Shown: positions 28,200 to 37,746 of the stretch, in pieces | How the letters are laid out: every line of letters starts with the position of its first letter | Position numbering within the stretch: position 1 is the stretch's first letter | NCBI GenBank assembly: GCA_037137755.1 | Contig: JBAXJR010000017.1 | Coordinates: 1 to 51,856 of the forward strand | Origin: Methanomicrobiales archaeon | GTDB taxonomy: Archaea; Halobacteriota; Methanomicrobia; Methanomicrobiales; Methanospirillaceae | Direction: 5' to 3' | Length of the DNA stretch: 51,856 bases | Notes under the pieces: model-generated | Databases searched by the model: none | The model's input: only the letters and a program-made list of their open reading frames with translations | Told to the model about the DNA's origin: nothing | Position numbers and translations under genes: made by a program

Positions 28200-29480
28200 T
28201 CAGTGGCTCACCTCTCGAAATTTTTGATCAAGAGAAGAGTTCGGGTGAATTACTTCGAAGCCACATTCAATAATAAAATCAATAGCCTTTTGAACATCAG
28301 AGCGGGAATTTTTTGAGAATTTCTGAACGACTGGCGGTTTTGTTGGTTTTGTATTTTTTAACGGATCGATATAAAGTTCCTTTTTTATGAGAAGATGCCA
28401 GAGAATGCATAAGATCTTCCGAGCCAGTGCGACAGTCGCGGTATTCCCGCCTTTTCGATATGCGATCCTGTTGAAAAATTTCCTGAACGTTGTATTGACC
28501 GTTCTTCCCGCAGCTTTTGCCGCCTGCACAAGAATCCAACGGAGATGTTCGGACCCGTGTTTAGTGATTTTTCCGGAACAATTTTTCCCTGCGGACTGGT
28601 ACACCGACGGCACTAATCCCGCCCACGAAGCAAGTTTCTCGGCATTTTCGAAATCACGGTAATCCCCGATTTCTGCCAGGATAGTTACCGCCGAAGTAAC
28701 ACTGATGCCAGGAATTGAACACGCGATCTCAACATCACGAATACTATCTTGTTCTGTCATTCTTGCGATGATCTGTTCGTCGAGCGCACGAATGTGTTCA
28801 TTAATATGAGCCATCATATCGAGATTTCTCTTGATCAGAATGATCTGTAAATCCGACAACGAACCGGATAATATCTCCCGAAGTACGTCCGCCTTCTTTT
28901 TAACTCTGGCTGAAGGAAGAGTTGAGATGATATCGTCGGTGTCTGCCCTGTTCAGAAGCCCCAAAATAAGGTGGATCCCGCTTTTCCCAAAGATATCTTG
29001 CACTCCCTTACCTAAGGCAATTCCGGCAGAATCGAGAATGCGGTGAATCCGGTTCTTTATCTGGGTCCTTGACTTAACCGTGGATTCCCGCGATCTGGTC
29101 AATTCCCGCAATTCTCTGTCATTTTTCTGGAAGACTCGCGAAGGGTTGATAAGTCCGTTCATTGCGAGTTCGGCGATCCATTGCGCATCACGAACGTCGG
29201 TCTTCCGACCGGGAATGCTCTTGATCTGGTACGCATTTCCAACTATTACCCGCATTTGGCCCTCGAATGCCAGGTAAAGCCGATACCAATACACACCGGT
29301 TGATTCACATGCTATACACTCGCAGCTTTCTTCCTCAATTCGCTTTTTGAGCTTCTGAATGCCGCTAAAATTGTTGAAAACCCGAAAACTTAACGGGTCT
29401 TTCTCCCGTTTGAGTATGCACACCTGGAGAAATTCTTTATGTACATCTACTCCGCATACACAATTGTAGTGGGGTTGCAT
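28200..29480 (-). CDS. IS110-family transposase/recombinase (RuvC-like DEDD + Tnp domain)
   Basis: GVDVHK (D), CESTGVYW (E), GRKTDVRDA (DD), SIPGIS, and WAGLVPSVYQSAG (catalytic Ser region); GAGGAG RBS upstream. Confidence 0.96.
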   Translation of the reverse strand: MQPHYNCVCGVDVHKEFLQVCILKREKDPLSFRVFNNFSGIQKLKKRIEEESCECIACESTGVYWYRLYLAFEGQMRVIVGNAYQIKSIPGRKTDVRDAQWIAELAMNGLINPSRVFQKNDRELRELTRSRESTVKSRTQIKNRIHRILDSAGIALGKGVQDIFGKSGIHLILGLLNRADTDDIISTLPSARVKKKADVLREILSGSLSDLQIILIKRNLDMMAHINEHIRALDEQIIARMTEQDSIRDVEIACSIPGISVTSAVTILAEIGDYRDFENAEKLASWAGLVPSVYQSAGKNCSGKITKHGSEHLRWILVQAAKAAGRTVNTTFRKFFNRIAYRKGGNTATVALARKILCILWHLLIKKELYIDPLKNTKPTKPPVVQKFSKNSRSDVQKAIDFIIECGFEVIHPNSSLDQKFREVSH

Positions 29481-29493
29481 CGTTGCTCCTCAC

Positions 29494-29660
29494 GGTGTGG
29501 GCAGGACATTACTCCTCGAAGGTAATTTAATATTCGCGTTCGACGACGCATGTATGCTTCGATTGACTAATGAATTGGCTAGTTTTCATGACGGGATCCC
29601 GGTCCCAAAATTCTCGCAGCCTTCCCTGCCCACATTATTACAACATACCCTGGGGTATTC
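29494..29660 (+). ncRNA. Putative IS110 bridge RNA
   Basis: A 10-bp outer stem (TGTGGGCAGG 29496-29505 / CCTGCCCACA 29625-29634) encloses two stem/internal-loop/hairpin units whose loops match the target flank and the donor junction. Strand inferred from G-U pairs. Confidence 0.6.
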
Positions 29661-29852
29661 AATTTTCATCCTGTATGCTTGTGGCCCTTCGGCATCATGT
29701 CTGTTTCATGGGAAATCCACCCCCAATTAGCCATATTGTCTCTGGTAGTCCCAATATTTAATCACGCACCTGGGGCTTCGCCCCGCCGCTTCGGTGACCC
29801 CAGTTGGGATAGAGACCCTGCCTAATATTCTGTACTAATGAGCCTTATAGAA

Positions 29853-29915
29853 ACCCTGCCCGAAAGTTTATCTTTTTTGGGAGTGGGGCAGGGAGAGGTT
29901 GAAACCCCTCCTGCC
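29853..29915. repeat. Structured intergenic repeat, copy 2
   Basis: CCCTGCCC/GGGCAGGG stem and GGCAGGGAGAGGTTGAAACCCCTCCTGCC hairpin; homologous to 7261-7323. An extra GGGGC-TTC-GCCCC hairpin lies at ~29772-29784. Confidence 0.65.
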
Positions 29916-30028
29916 CGCGTATTTCCCCTTCTATTATTAAACACCAAAGATGTCAGAGCGAAAAAAATTGACAATAAGGAAAAGATGTTGGAGCGAGATT
30001 TCGTCCCCGTCCACATCAATCAGAGAAT

Positions 30029-31021
30029 TCAGATAACCGTTTTCCCACGCAACACGACACCCGGTTGCTGAGTCACCACTCCCACAACCTTTGCACCAGG
30101 TACCTCGCGGATGACATCCCCTGCTCTGTCATGGGCAACGATGTAGGCATAGCCCATTCCCATGTTGAAGGTACGGTACATCACAGAATCCTGTATCCTC
30201 CCACTCTCCTGTATCCAGCGGAATATCTCCTGCGGGGGCAACGGATCGCTGAAATTAAATCCATATCTGGAAAGACGGGTGAAGTTGAGTAATCCTCCGC
30301 CGGTTACATGGCACATCCCATGTACCACCACCTTACGGTTCACATCCAGGCACTCATGGTAGATCCTGGTCGGCGTAAGAAGTTCAGCACCAAGAGTCCT
30401 GCCATTCCCAAGCTTTACCTCGTACCCGCCGTGTTCTTCTGCTACTTTCCGGGCGAGGGTGAGACCGTTACTGTGAACGCCACTTGAGGGGACCCCGACG
30501 ATCAGGTCATCGGGTTGTATCGTTTCACCATTCACCACTTTGTTCTTATCCTGGATCCCAAGACACGTGCCCGCGAGGTCAAGACCATTCACGAGTCCGC
30601 GGAGCGTTGCGGTCTCACCACCAACAATATCGATATTCGCCAATTTGGCTCCTTCGTTCAGTCCAATACCGATCTGTGCCATTTTTCCGGTATCGAGCCG
30701 GTCGGTCGCAACATAATCAACAAATGCGACGGGTTCGAGGTTCATCACATAGAGGTCGTTCACGTTCATTGCAATGCAGTCGATACCGACGGTGCTCCAG
30801 TCGTGCATGTGGTCAGCAACAAGCATCTTGGTCCCAACACCATCCACGGTGAGTGCGAGGACTTTTTCCCCAAAATCGATAAGACCAGCATAATGGCCGA
30901 CACTGCCAAGCATCCTGTTCTGGCCACTCCGCCTGTAGCTCAGGTTCCGGATCAGCGATTTTACTGCTGCCGCCTCGAGGTCGATATCAACTCCTGCCTC
31001 CCGGTACGCGTCCTCAGTCAT
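30029..31021 (-). CDS. purM: Phosphoribosylformylglycinamidine cyclo-ligase
   Basis: YREAGVDI, DGVGTK, GGETA, SSGVHSNG, HVTGGG and TFNMGMG. Start MTEDAY at 31021. Confidence 0.96.
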   Translation of the reverse strand: MTEDAYREAGVDIDLEAAAVKSLIRNLSYRRSGQNRMLGSVGHYAGLIDFGEKVLALTVDGVGTKMLVADHMHDWSTVGIDCIAMNVNDLYVMNLEPVAFVDYVATDRLDTGKMAQIGIGLNEGAKLANIDIVGGETATLRGLVNGLDLAGTCLGIQDKNKVVNGETIQPDDLIVGVPSSGVHSNGLTLARKVAEEHGGYEVKLGNGRTLGAELLTPTRIYHECLDVNRKVVVHGMCHVTGGGLLNFTRLSRYGFNFSDPLPPQEIFRWIQESGRIQDSVMYRTFNMGMGYAYIVAHDRAGDVIREVPGAKVVGVVTQQPGVVLRGKTVI

Positions 31022-32423
31022 CACATTCCTCTGAAAGCCTGAACTCGTCATGCAGTACCCGCACGGCACGCGGCCCGTCATCCTGCTTCACAACAAAGGA
31101 AATATTGACCTCTGATGACCCCTGTGAGATCATCCGGACATTGATACCAGCCCGGCCGAGTGCCGTGAAGATCCGTCCCCCGGTCCCTTTCGCTCCCGCC
31201 ATGCCGGAACCTACAACCGCCACCGCACAGACATCCCGGTCGAGCGTCACCTCGCGGACAATCCCCTGTTTTACCAGTGCTGCAAGCGATTCCGATGCTG
31301 CTACAGACTGTGCCTCGTCAATAATGAGCGAGATATTTGCCTCGGAAGACCCCTGCGAGATCATCATCACGTTCACTTCACTCTCCGACAGGGCGGAAAA
31401 TATTGCTTTCGCGACTCCCGGCCTGCCGATCATCTGGGCCCCGTTGATATTGATGGCGGCAACTTTTTCGATGTACGTAATCGCCTTGACAACGCGGCTG
31501 TCATCGCGGACGTTCCTGACAATGCAGGTCCCGGGGTGGTCGGGGTTGAAGGTGTTCTTCACCCTGACAAGGATATCCTTCTTCATCGCCGGCTCGATGG
31601 AGCGCGGGTGCATCACTTTTGCGCCAAAAAACGAGAGTTCCATGACTTCGAGATAGGATACCGAGTCGAGGACACGGGCATCGTTAATCACTCTCGGGTC
31701 AGAGGTCATGATCCCGTCCACATCGGTCCAGATCCAGATCTCGTCAGCGTCAATGCCGGCACCTATTATCGCTGCAGAATAGTCAGAACCGCTCCGGCCT
31801 AACGTGGTTAGTACACCGTTCTCAGTGCACCCCATGAACCCCATGATGACCGGCACCTGGCTGGAGAGAAGAGGTACGATAGAGTTTTTTATTTTTTTCT
31901 CCCCTTCCGGCAGCGCCATTGCTTCACCGTGCTGGGCCGTAGTCAGGATTCCTGCCTCACAACCATCAAGAACTGTTGAATGGATCCCCTGTTGCCGGAA
32001 GGCAGCACTTACCACCAGTGAATTGAGGCGTTCGCCAAAGGTGATGATATAGTCCTTCGACCTCGGTGTGAGGTCCCTTAAGTTGTGGACTGCATAGAGG
32101 ATATTTTGCAGTTTTTCCAGCCGGTCTTCAATGAGCGGGGCAACTTCAGCTACGTAATCCTTTGCCGAACCTTCCAGGGCCTTCATATGCCGTACCCGGA
32201 GGGACTCGATAAAGGGTCCGACCATGATACTTTCAGGACTGTTCACGACCTCCGTGGCAACCGCGATAAGCTGGTCAGTTACCCCGCGCTGTGCGGAAAT
32301 AACAACCGCAACCTCGTTCCCGCCTGAATGGTACTTCTGTATGATACCAGTGACGCGGGAAATGCTTGCGGCATCCGCAACAGAAGTGCCGCCAAATTTC
32401 ATTAAAAACCTCATTTTGGCCAC
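31014..32423 (-). CDS. lysC: Aspartate kinase
   Basis: KFGGTSV, TLGRSGSDYSA, WTDVDG and GAKVMHP; two ACT domains (MISQGSSE twice). Confidence 0.94.
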   Translation of the reverse strand: MAKMRFLMKFGGTSVADAASISRVTGIIQKYHSGGNEVAVVISAQRGVTDQLIAVATEVVNSPESIMVGPFIESLRVRHMKALEGSAKDYVAEVAPLIEDRLEKLQNILYAVHNLRDLTPRSKDYIITFGERLNSLVVSAAFRQQGIHSTVLDGCEAGILTTAQHGEAMALPEGEKKIKNSIVPLLSSQVPVIMGFMGCTENGVLTTLGRSGSDYSAAIIGAGIDADEIWIWTDVDGIMTSDPRVINDARVLDSVSYLEVMELSFFGAKVMHPRSIEPAMKKDILVRVKNTFNPDHPGTCIVRNVRDDSRVVKAITYIEKVAAININGAQMIGRPGVAKAIFSALSESEVNVMMISQGSSEANISLIIDEAQSVAASESLAALVKQGIVREVTLDRDVCAVAVVGSGMAGAKGTGGRIFTALGRAGINVRMISQGSSEVNISFVVKQDDGPRAVRVLHDEFRLSEECDD

Positions 32424-32475
32424 TCTTACAATTCCCTAGCTATTTATGTAATTATAGGATGCAGATAATAATAAG

Positions 32476-34098
32476 ATGCGGTCAGATGAAGTGGTCGATT
32501 GTCATGTCCTCGTAATCGGCAGCGGTGGAGCAGGGGTACGAGCCGCGATTGAAGCCGACCAATACGGTGATACCGTGCTTGTCTCGAAGACTATCGTTGG
32601 CAAAGGGGGGTGCACACCAATGGCTGAAGGTGGCTACAATGCAGTTCTCGCCCAACAGGACACCTGCGAGGGCCATTATGAGGACACCCTTCGGGGTGGA
32701 GCGTACTTAAACGACCCCGCCCTGGTCAGGGTACTGGTTGACGAGGCACCTGCCAGGATGGGCGATCTCATCCGCTGGGGGGCCGTTTTCGATGTGGATG
32801 ACTGCGCATGTGTCGCACAGCGCCCATTTGGTGGCCAGAGGTTCCCGAGGACCTGCTACGCAGGGGACCGGACCGGTCACGAGATGATGACCACCCTCAC
32901 CGAACGGATGGCTGACACAAAGGTGGAGACCTACCAGGAGGTCTCGATCATTTCGCTCCTTGAATACGAAGGAAGGGTATCAGGGGCCATGGGACTTGAC
33001 CGCAATGGCGAGGTCATGCTGTTCCGATCGGACAGCACCGTCATCGCGACGGGCGGGGGGACCCGTGTATACGATATCTCGACAAACTCCTCGAGTGGTA
33101 CCGGGGATGGGTATGCCCTCGGTTACCGTGCCGGTGCGGAAGTAATCGACATGGAACAGATCCAGTTCCATCCGACCGGTGCAGTGTACCCCTATGATGC
33201 ACGGGGCAGGCTGGTGACCGAGGCGGTCCGTGGTGAAGGGGGCCTGCTTAAAAATAAGCTCGGGGAGCGGTTCATGACCAGGTATGACCCCGATCGGATG
33301 GAATTATCCACCCGGGACGTGGTCTCCCGTTCAATTGCAACAGAAATACTGGAAGGGAGGGGTACGGAACATGGGGGGGTCTACCTTGACGTGACCCACC
33401 TGCCTGCTTCCCAGATAGAGAGCCGCCTCCCTGTAATGCTCGAGCAGTTCCTGAAATTCGGGGTGGATATCAGGGTGGAGCCGATGGAAGTTGCACCCAC
33501 GGCACACCATATTATGGGAGGCCTCCGCATCCGGCCTGATTGTTCCACTACCGTGACAGGACTTTTTGCCTGTGGTGAGGTTGCCGGAGGTGTTCACGGG
33601 GCCAACCGCCTCGGGGGCAATGCCCTCGCTGAAACACAGGTATTTGGAAAGCGGGCGGGAGAAGCTGCAGGGAAAGCGGCAGTCCACGGCAGGAACCACG
33701 ATCCTGCCCAGGTGGAGGGCGAGAGGGACAGGCTCGGGAAGTATTATACCGGGACGTCTGACCCTGCAGGAGTATGGAGACAACTGAAACTATCGATGTG
33801 GAAAGGTGCCGGGATCTTCCGGACCCTGCCGGCCCTGCAGCAGACCCGCTCGGTGATCCAGGGCCTACAGACCCTGCAACTACGTGCAATGGCAGCAGAA
33901 AACCTGGTGGACTGCTGTACTGTCAGGAACATGATTACCACCGCCTCGCTTATCGTCGACTCTGCGCTTCTCCGCCCTGAGTCGAGGGGTGCCCATGTCA
34001 GGAAAGACATTACACAGGACTGGACGATGGAAACATCACCCTTTGGGCATACCTTTATCTCCCGGGGTTGCCGGGGGATCGGGACGGTGAGCAGATGA
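32476..34098 (+). CDS. tfrA: Thiol:fumarate reductase (CoM/CoB) subunit A, flavoprotein
   Basis: IGSGGAG, MAEGG (no covalent His), QFHPTG, TEAVRGEGG and HGANRLGGN; adjacent to a HdrD-like subunit. Confidence 0.9.
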   Translation: MRSDEVVDCHVLVIGSGGAGVRAAIEADQYGDTVLVSKTIVGKGGCTPMAEGGYNAVLAQQDTCEGHYEDTLRGGAYLNDPALVRVLVDEAPARMGDLIRWGAVFDVDDCACVAQRPFGGQRFPRTCYAGDRTGHEMMTTLTERMADTKVETYQEVSIISLLEYEGRVSGAMGLDRNGEVMLFRSDSTVIATGGGTRVYDISTNSSSGTGDGYALGYRAGAEVIDMEQIQFHPTGAVYPYDARGRLVTEAVRGEGGLLKNKLGERFMTRYDPDRMELSTRDVVSRSIATEILEGRGTEHGGVYLDVTHLPASQIESRLPVMLEQFLKFGVDIRVEPMEVAPTAHHIMGGLRIRPDCSTTVTGLFACGEVAGGVHGANRLGGNALAETQVFGKRAGEAAGKAAVHGRNHDPAQVEGERDRLGKYYTGTSDPAGVWRQLKLSMWKGAGIFRTLPALQQTRSVIQGLQTLQLRAMAAENLVDCCTVRNMITTASLIVDSALLRPESRGAHVRKDITQDWTMETSPFGHTFISRGCRGIGTVSR

Positions 34099-35552
34099 AA
34101 CAACTGACCCTCCGGGTGTTACGGTTCGATCAAAAAAAAGACACTGCGCCGCATTTCGAGAGCTACACCGTTCAGGTCCATGACGGTGCGAGGGTGCTCC
34201 ATGCCCTTCATGCAATCCACGATGACTGCGACCCGACCCTCACGTACCGCTACTGCTGTGGGACCGGGCAGTGCGGGAGCTGTGCCGTCAGGGTGAACGG
34301 GGAACCGGTACTTGCCTGCATGGAGGAGGCCCGGGACGGAATTTCTGTAGAACCACTTGAAATCCCGGTGATCAAAGACCTCACTGTAGATCTCCTTCCC
34401 TATATTGAGGCATTACCGGTTATCTGTCCGGAGACGACAGCAACCGCACAAATGCCAGGGAAAGATCTGGTCGAGACCATGAAGCCGCTCCGGAGCTGTA
34501 TCGGCTGCATGGCCTGTGTTTCGGTGTGCCCCGCACTTTCTGTTTCAGACTTTAAGGGGCCGACAGCGATGCGGCAGGAAATGCGTCTTACCCTCGATCC
34601 ACGGGACAAGAAAGACAGGGCTGCTGAAGCAGTAAAAGGGGGTCTCTTCAGGTGCACGAGTTGCCAGGCGTGCTGGACAGTCTGCCCGAAAGAGATACAG
34701 ATACCCGGAAAAGCCATTGAAAAGCTGAGAGAACTGGCGCATTACAAGGGCCATACACTCCCACGCCATGCAGAGGTCGCAGCCCTGGTCAGGGAGACCG
34801 GACGGAGTGTCACCTGGACTGAACCCTCGTTCCTCGAGTTGACTACGGAGGTAATGGAACCGTATGGCCCCGTAAAAAAGACAGTCGGGTTCTTTGTCGG
34901 GTGCATGTACAACCTGCGTCTGCCACGGACTGCACTGGACGCGATCGAGGTACTCAGGAGGAACGGGGTAAGGGTTGTCATCCCCCGTGACCAGATCTGC
35001 TGTGGTTCCCCGCTCATCAGGACCGGCCAGACTGAATATGTCGATACCTTAAAAACCCGGAACATTACGGCATTCACTGCACTCGGCATCGATACTGTTG
35101 TGACCATGTGCGCCGGGTGCGGCTCAACGCTCAAGCATGATTATGAGACCCCGTTTAAAGTCCTGGATTTTTCCGAACTGCTCACCGAGACCGGTTTCGG
35201 GTCACCGGCACACCTTGGACTCAACGTCACATACCATGACCCCTGTCACCTCGCCAGGGGACAGGGTGTGACTGAACAGCCCCGGGCGATCCTCCGGAAG
35301 GTTGCAGACATTACTGAGATGCCATCGGTATGTTGTGGGTCAGGTGGCGGGGTCAGATCCGGGTTCCCGGATGAAGCAGCAGCACTCGGTGAACGCCGGG
35401 GTGAAGAGATTAAAAAAACCGGGGCAGAAATGGTAGTCACCTGCTGCCCGTTCTGCGAGTTCCATATCGCGGGGCACACCGATAAGCCGGTACAGCACCT
35501 GGCAACGCTTCTTCTTAAAGGTTACAAGGAAAAAGAAAAGCCTTGTAAATAG
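34095..35552 (+). CDS. tfrB: Thiol:fumarate reductase subunit B (2Fe-2S, 2x4Fe-4S, two CCG domains)
   Basis: CCGTGQCGSC, CIGCMACVSVCP, CTSCQACWTVCP, CCGSP, YHDPCHL and CCGSGGG; ATGA overlap with tfrA. Confidence 0.9.
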   Translation: MKQLTLRVLRFDQKKDTAPHFESYTVQVHDGARVLHALHAIHDDCDPTLTYRYCCGTGQCGSCAVRVNGEPVLACMEEARDGISVEPLEIPVIKDLTVDLLPYIEALPVICPETTATAQMPGKDLVETMKPLRSCIGCMACVSVCPALSVSDFKGPTAMRQEMRLTLDPRDKKDRAAEAVKGGLFRCTSCQACWTVCPKEIQIPGKAIEKLRELAHYKGHTLPRHAEVAALVRETGRSVTWTEPSFLELTTEVMEPYGPVKKTVGFFVGCMYNLRLPRTALDAIEVLRRNGVRVVIPRDQICCGSPLIRTGQTEYVDTLKTRNITAFTALGIDTVVTMCAGCGSTLKHDYETPFKVLDFSELLTETGFGSPAHLGLNVTYHDPCHLARGQGVTEQPRAILRKVADITEMPSVCCGSGGGVRSGFPDEAAALGERRGEEIKKTGAEMVVTCCPFCEFHIAGHTDKPVQHLATLLLKGYKEKEKPCK

Positions 35553-35637
35553 ACTCTTTTTTAGAGGAGGGGTGTTAGTCCTGCCTTGGGCAGGGCATAA
35601 CATGGCATGCCAGCCCCTGTTCAGATTGGAGATTAAG

Positions 35638-36198
35638 TCACAAGAGAAGTAACAAGGAAAGGACAATGCACACGCTCAATGGAATCGTGAGATTGTCATC
35701 AACCGGTGAAAGGAGCTCCATAACTCCTGCGGTAATCGCAGCTGCTGCAGCCAGCGGGATAGAAAGCGGTGTGAGCACGAGAAGTGCCAGAATCGCGGTA
35801 CCAATTCCTGCAAGGGTCCCTTCCAGGGATTTGGATTTCCATATTTTATGGTGACCGTAGTGGATCCCGACGAGCGTGGCCACACCGTCGAGGACGGCAA
35901 GGCAGATAATTGCCGGGATAACGACCTGGAGCGGAAAGAAGACCAGGACGAAAAAAACACCGATTGCAAAATACAGCGTCCCTTTCCCGGGCATCACGTC
36001 CTTTCTTTCGAGCAGCAACACCACGCGTGATATCAGGGGCAGTTTGTAGCCCCGGGATATCGCATCAGAAAGGATGAAGCCGGCAAATATGGCCATCACA
36101 AATGCGTAGAGGACCAGTTGCATATCGACCAGCGGGATGGCTATCGCAATGCTGATCCCGATGAGGAGGTGGACACCCTTCCTGAGCACTTCATGCAT
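35638..36198 (-). CDS. Dolichol/polyprenol kinase (CTP_transf_1-like) membrane protein
   Basis: EVLRKGVH, DGVATLVG, KSLEGTLAG and DDNLTIP motifs. Confidence 0.82.
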   Translation of the reverse strand: MHEVLRKGVHLLIGISIAIAIPLVDMQLVLYAFVMAIFAGFILSDAISRGYKLPLISRVVLLLERKDVMPGKGTLYFAIGVFFVLVFFPLQVVIPAIICLAVLDGVATLVGIHYGHHKIWKSKSLEGTLAGIGTAILALLVLTPLSIPLAAAAAITAGVMELLSPVDDNLTIPLSVCIVLSLLLLL

Positions 36199-36229
36199 TC
36201 ATATTTTTATGATCCTGCGGGATTAATGG

Positions 36230-37591
36230 ATGATCCCCTGGCAAAGGATGCATAACAGAGAATATTTTGACCGGGCAGACGAATACACAATAGAGATGGC
36301 CCGTCGAGAAAAAAATAAGTACATCCGCCCCTGCCAGGAAACATTAACGTGTCGTGAGTGGGTTTCTGACGGGTCCGGGACAGTTGATCCTTCCAACGGG
36401 ATAAAATACCATCTTCCCGGACAGGTAATCTCTGATACGGTCCAGGTTGAGGATGAAACGGTAACGCGATACTCGGCGGAGCTCTGGACTTCAGCACAGA
36501 GAAAGGCCTCTTCCATCCATGAGATATCATACCGTGCGTGTTTTAAACCGCAACTTGCAGGCTTCTTTATTGAACGGTTTTCAGAGGAGGGAGACCTGGT
36601 CTATGACCCCTTCGGCGGGAGGGGGACGACCGTCATCGAGGCCGGGCTTCGCGGCCGCCAGGTCGTGCAGAATGACATCAACCCGCTCTCTGTCCTGCTG
36701 ACAAAACCGCGCTTTTTTGTCCCATCCCTTGGGGCAGTGAGCGACCGCCTTTCACTAGTCCCCCGTGAACATGGACCGGCTTCCGATCTCGACCTTTCAA
36801 TGTTTTATCATCCGGCGACCGGGAAGGAGATCCTCGCACTCCGGGAATTCCTCACAGGGCACATGGGACAGGGTGATGAAGACGAAGTCAATGCATGGAT
36901 CAGAATGGTGGCAACGAACCGGCTCACCGGGCATTCCAGTGGTTTCTTTTCTGTCTACACACTCCCGCCAAACCAGGCGGTATCCCCGGTTGCCCAGGTA
37001 AAGATCAATATCAAGCGGCAGCAGGTACCACCGTACCGCGACACCCACGAAATCATTGTGAAAAAAACCCGGACACTTACCCGGAACCTCACCATTAAAG
37101 AGCGTGAAAGGCTCCGCAATGCAGGGAATTTGGGAATTTTTCTAACCGGAGATGCCGCATCGACACCGGAAATCCGGGACAATTCTGTCCAGCTGACCGT
37201 TACTTCACCCCCGTTTCTCAATATTGTCCAGTATTCAAAGGATAATTGGCTCAGGTGCTGGTTCAATGCAATCGACGATATCGCCATAGGAAAGAAGATC
37301 ACGATGACACCTTCCCTTGATATCTGGGTTGGCATGATTACGGGTGTATTCATTGAGCTGTTCCGGATCACCCGCCCCGGCGGATATGTCGCTTTTGAGG
37401 TGGGGGAAGTAAAAAACGGGACAATCAGGCTCGACGAGCACGTCATCCCTGCCGGTATTTCAGCCGGGTTCCATTGTGAATGTATCCTGATAAACCAACA
37501 GGAATTTACCAAGACTTCCAATATCTGGGGTATCGGGAACAATAATACCGGGACGAACACAAACAGGATTGTCTTGTTCAGGAAAGATTAG
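36230..37591 (+). CDS. DNA amino-methyltransferase (N4-C/N6-A type), apparently solitary
   Basis: VYDPFGGRGTT (motif I) precedes LTVTSPPF (motif IV). The true start is probably downstream of 36230. Confidence 0.85.
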   Translation: MIPWQRMHNREYFDRADEYTIEMARREKNKYIRPCQETLTCREWVSDGSGTVDPSNGIKYHLPGQVISDTVQVEDETVTRYSAELWTSAQRKASSIHEISYRACFKPQLAGFFIERFSEEGDLVYDPFGGRGTTVIEAGLRGRQVVQNDINPLSVLLTKPRFFVPSLGAVSDRLSLVPREHGPASDLDLSMFYHPATGKEILALREFLTGHMGQGDEDEVNAWIRMVATNRLTGHSSGFFSVYTLPPNQAVSPVAQVKINIKRQQVPPYRDTHEIIVKKTRTLTRNLTIKERERLRNAGNLGIFLTGDAASTPEIRDNSVQLTVTSPPFLNIVQYSKDNWLRCWFNAIDDIAIGKKITMTPSLDIWVGMITGVFIELFRITRPGGYVAFEVGEVKNGTIRLDEHVIPAGISAGFHCECILINQQEFTKTSNIWGIGNNNTGTNTNRIVLFRKD

Positions 37592-37746
37592 GGAGACAAC
37601 GGCCTGATAAAAAGGACGAGGGGCATCCACCCTTTTTTCAGGAGAGGAATACCAGGGTGGTGTCGTATGACCCCACCCCTCTTTTTTGATTGTTAGTTTT
37701 CTGATCAGATTTATGGATTGTATACTTTCCCGGCAGTTCCCTTTCA

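Larger units (their letters stand above)
28185..29709 (-). mobile_element. IS110-family insertion sequence
   Basis: Imperfect inverted ends ATGAAAATAGATGAT (28185-28199) and ATCATGTCTGTTTCAT (29694-29709) bracket the recombinase gene plus a ~230-bp 5' non-coding region. Exact ends are inferred; an alternative is 28178-29716. Confidence 0.8.

Noticed and set aside
35560-35625. Possible third copy of the structured repeat (GGGCAGGG, GCCCC) between tfrB and the kinase gene
   Set aside because: Only short words match and the TGAAA hairpin is absent; not supportable without an alignment.
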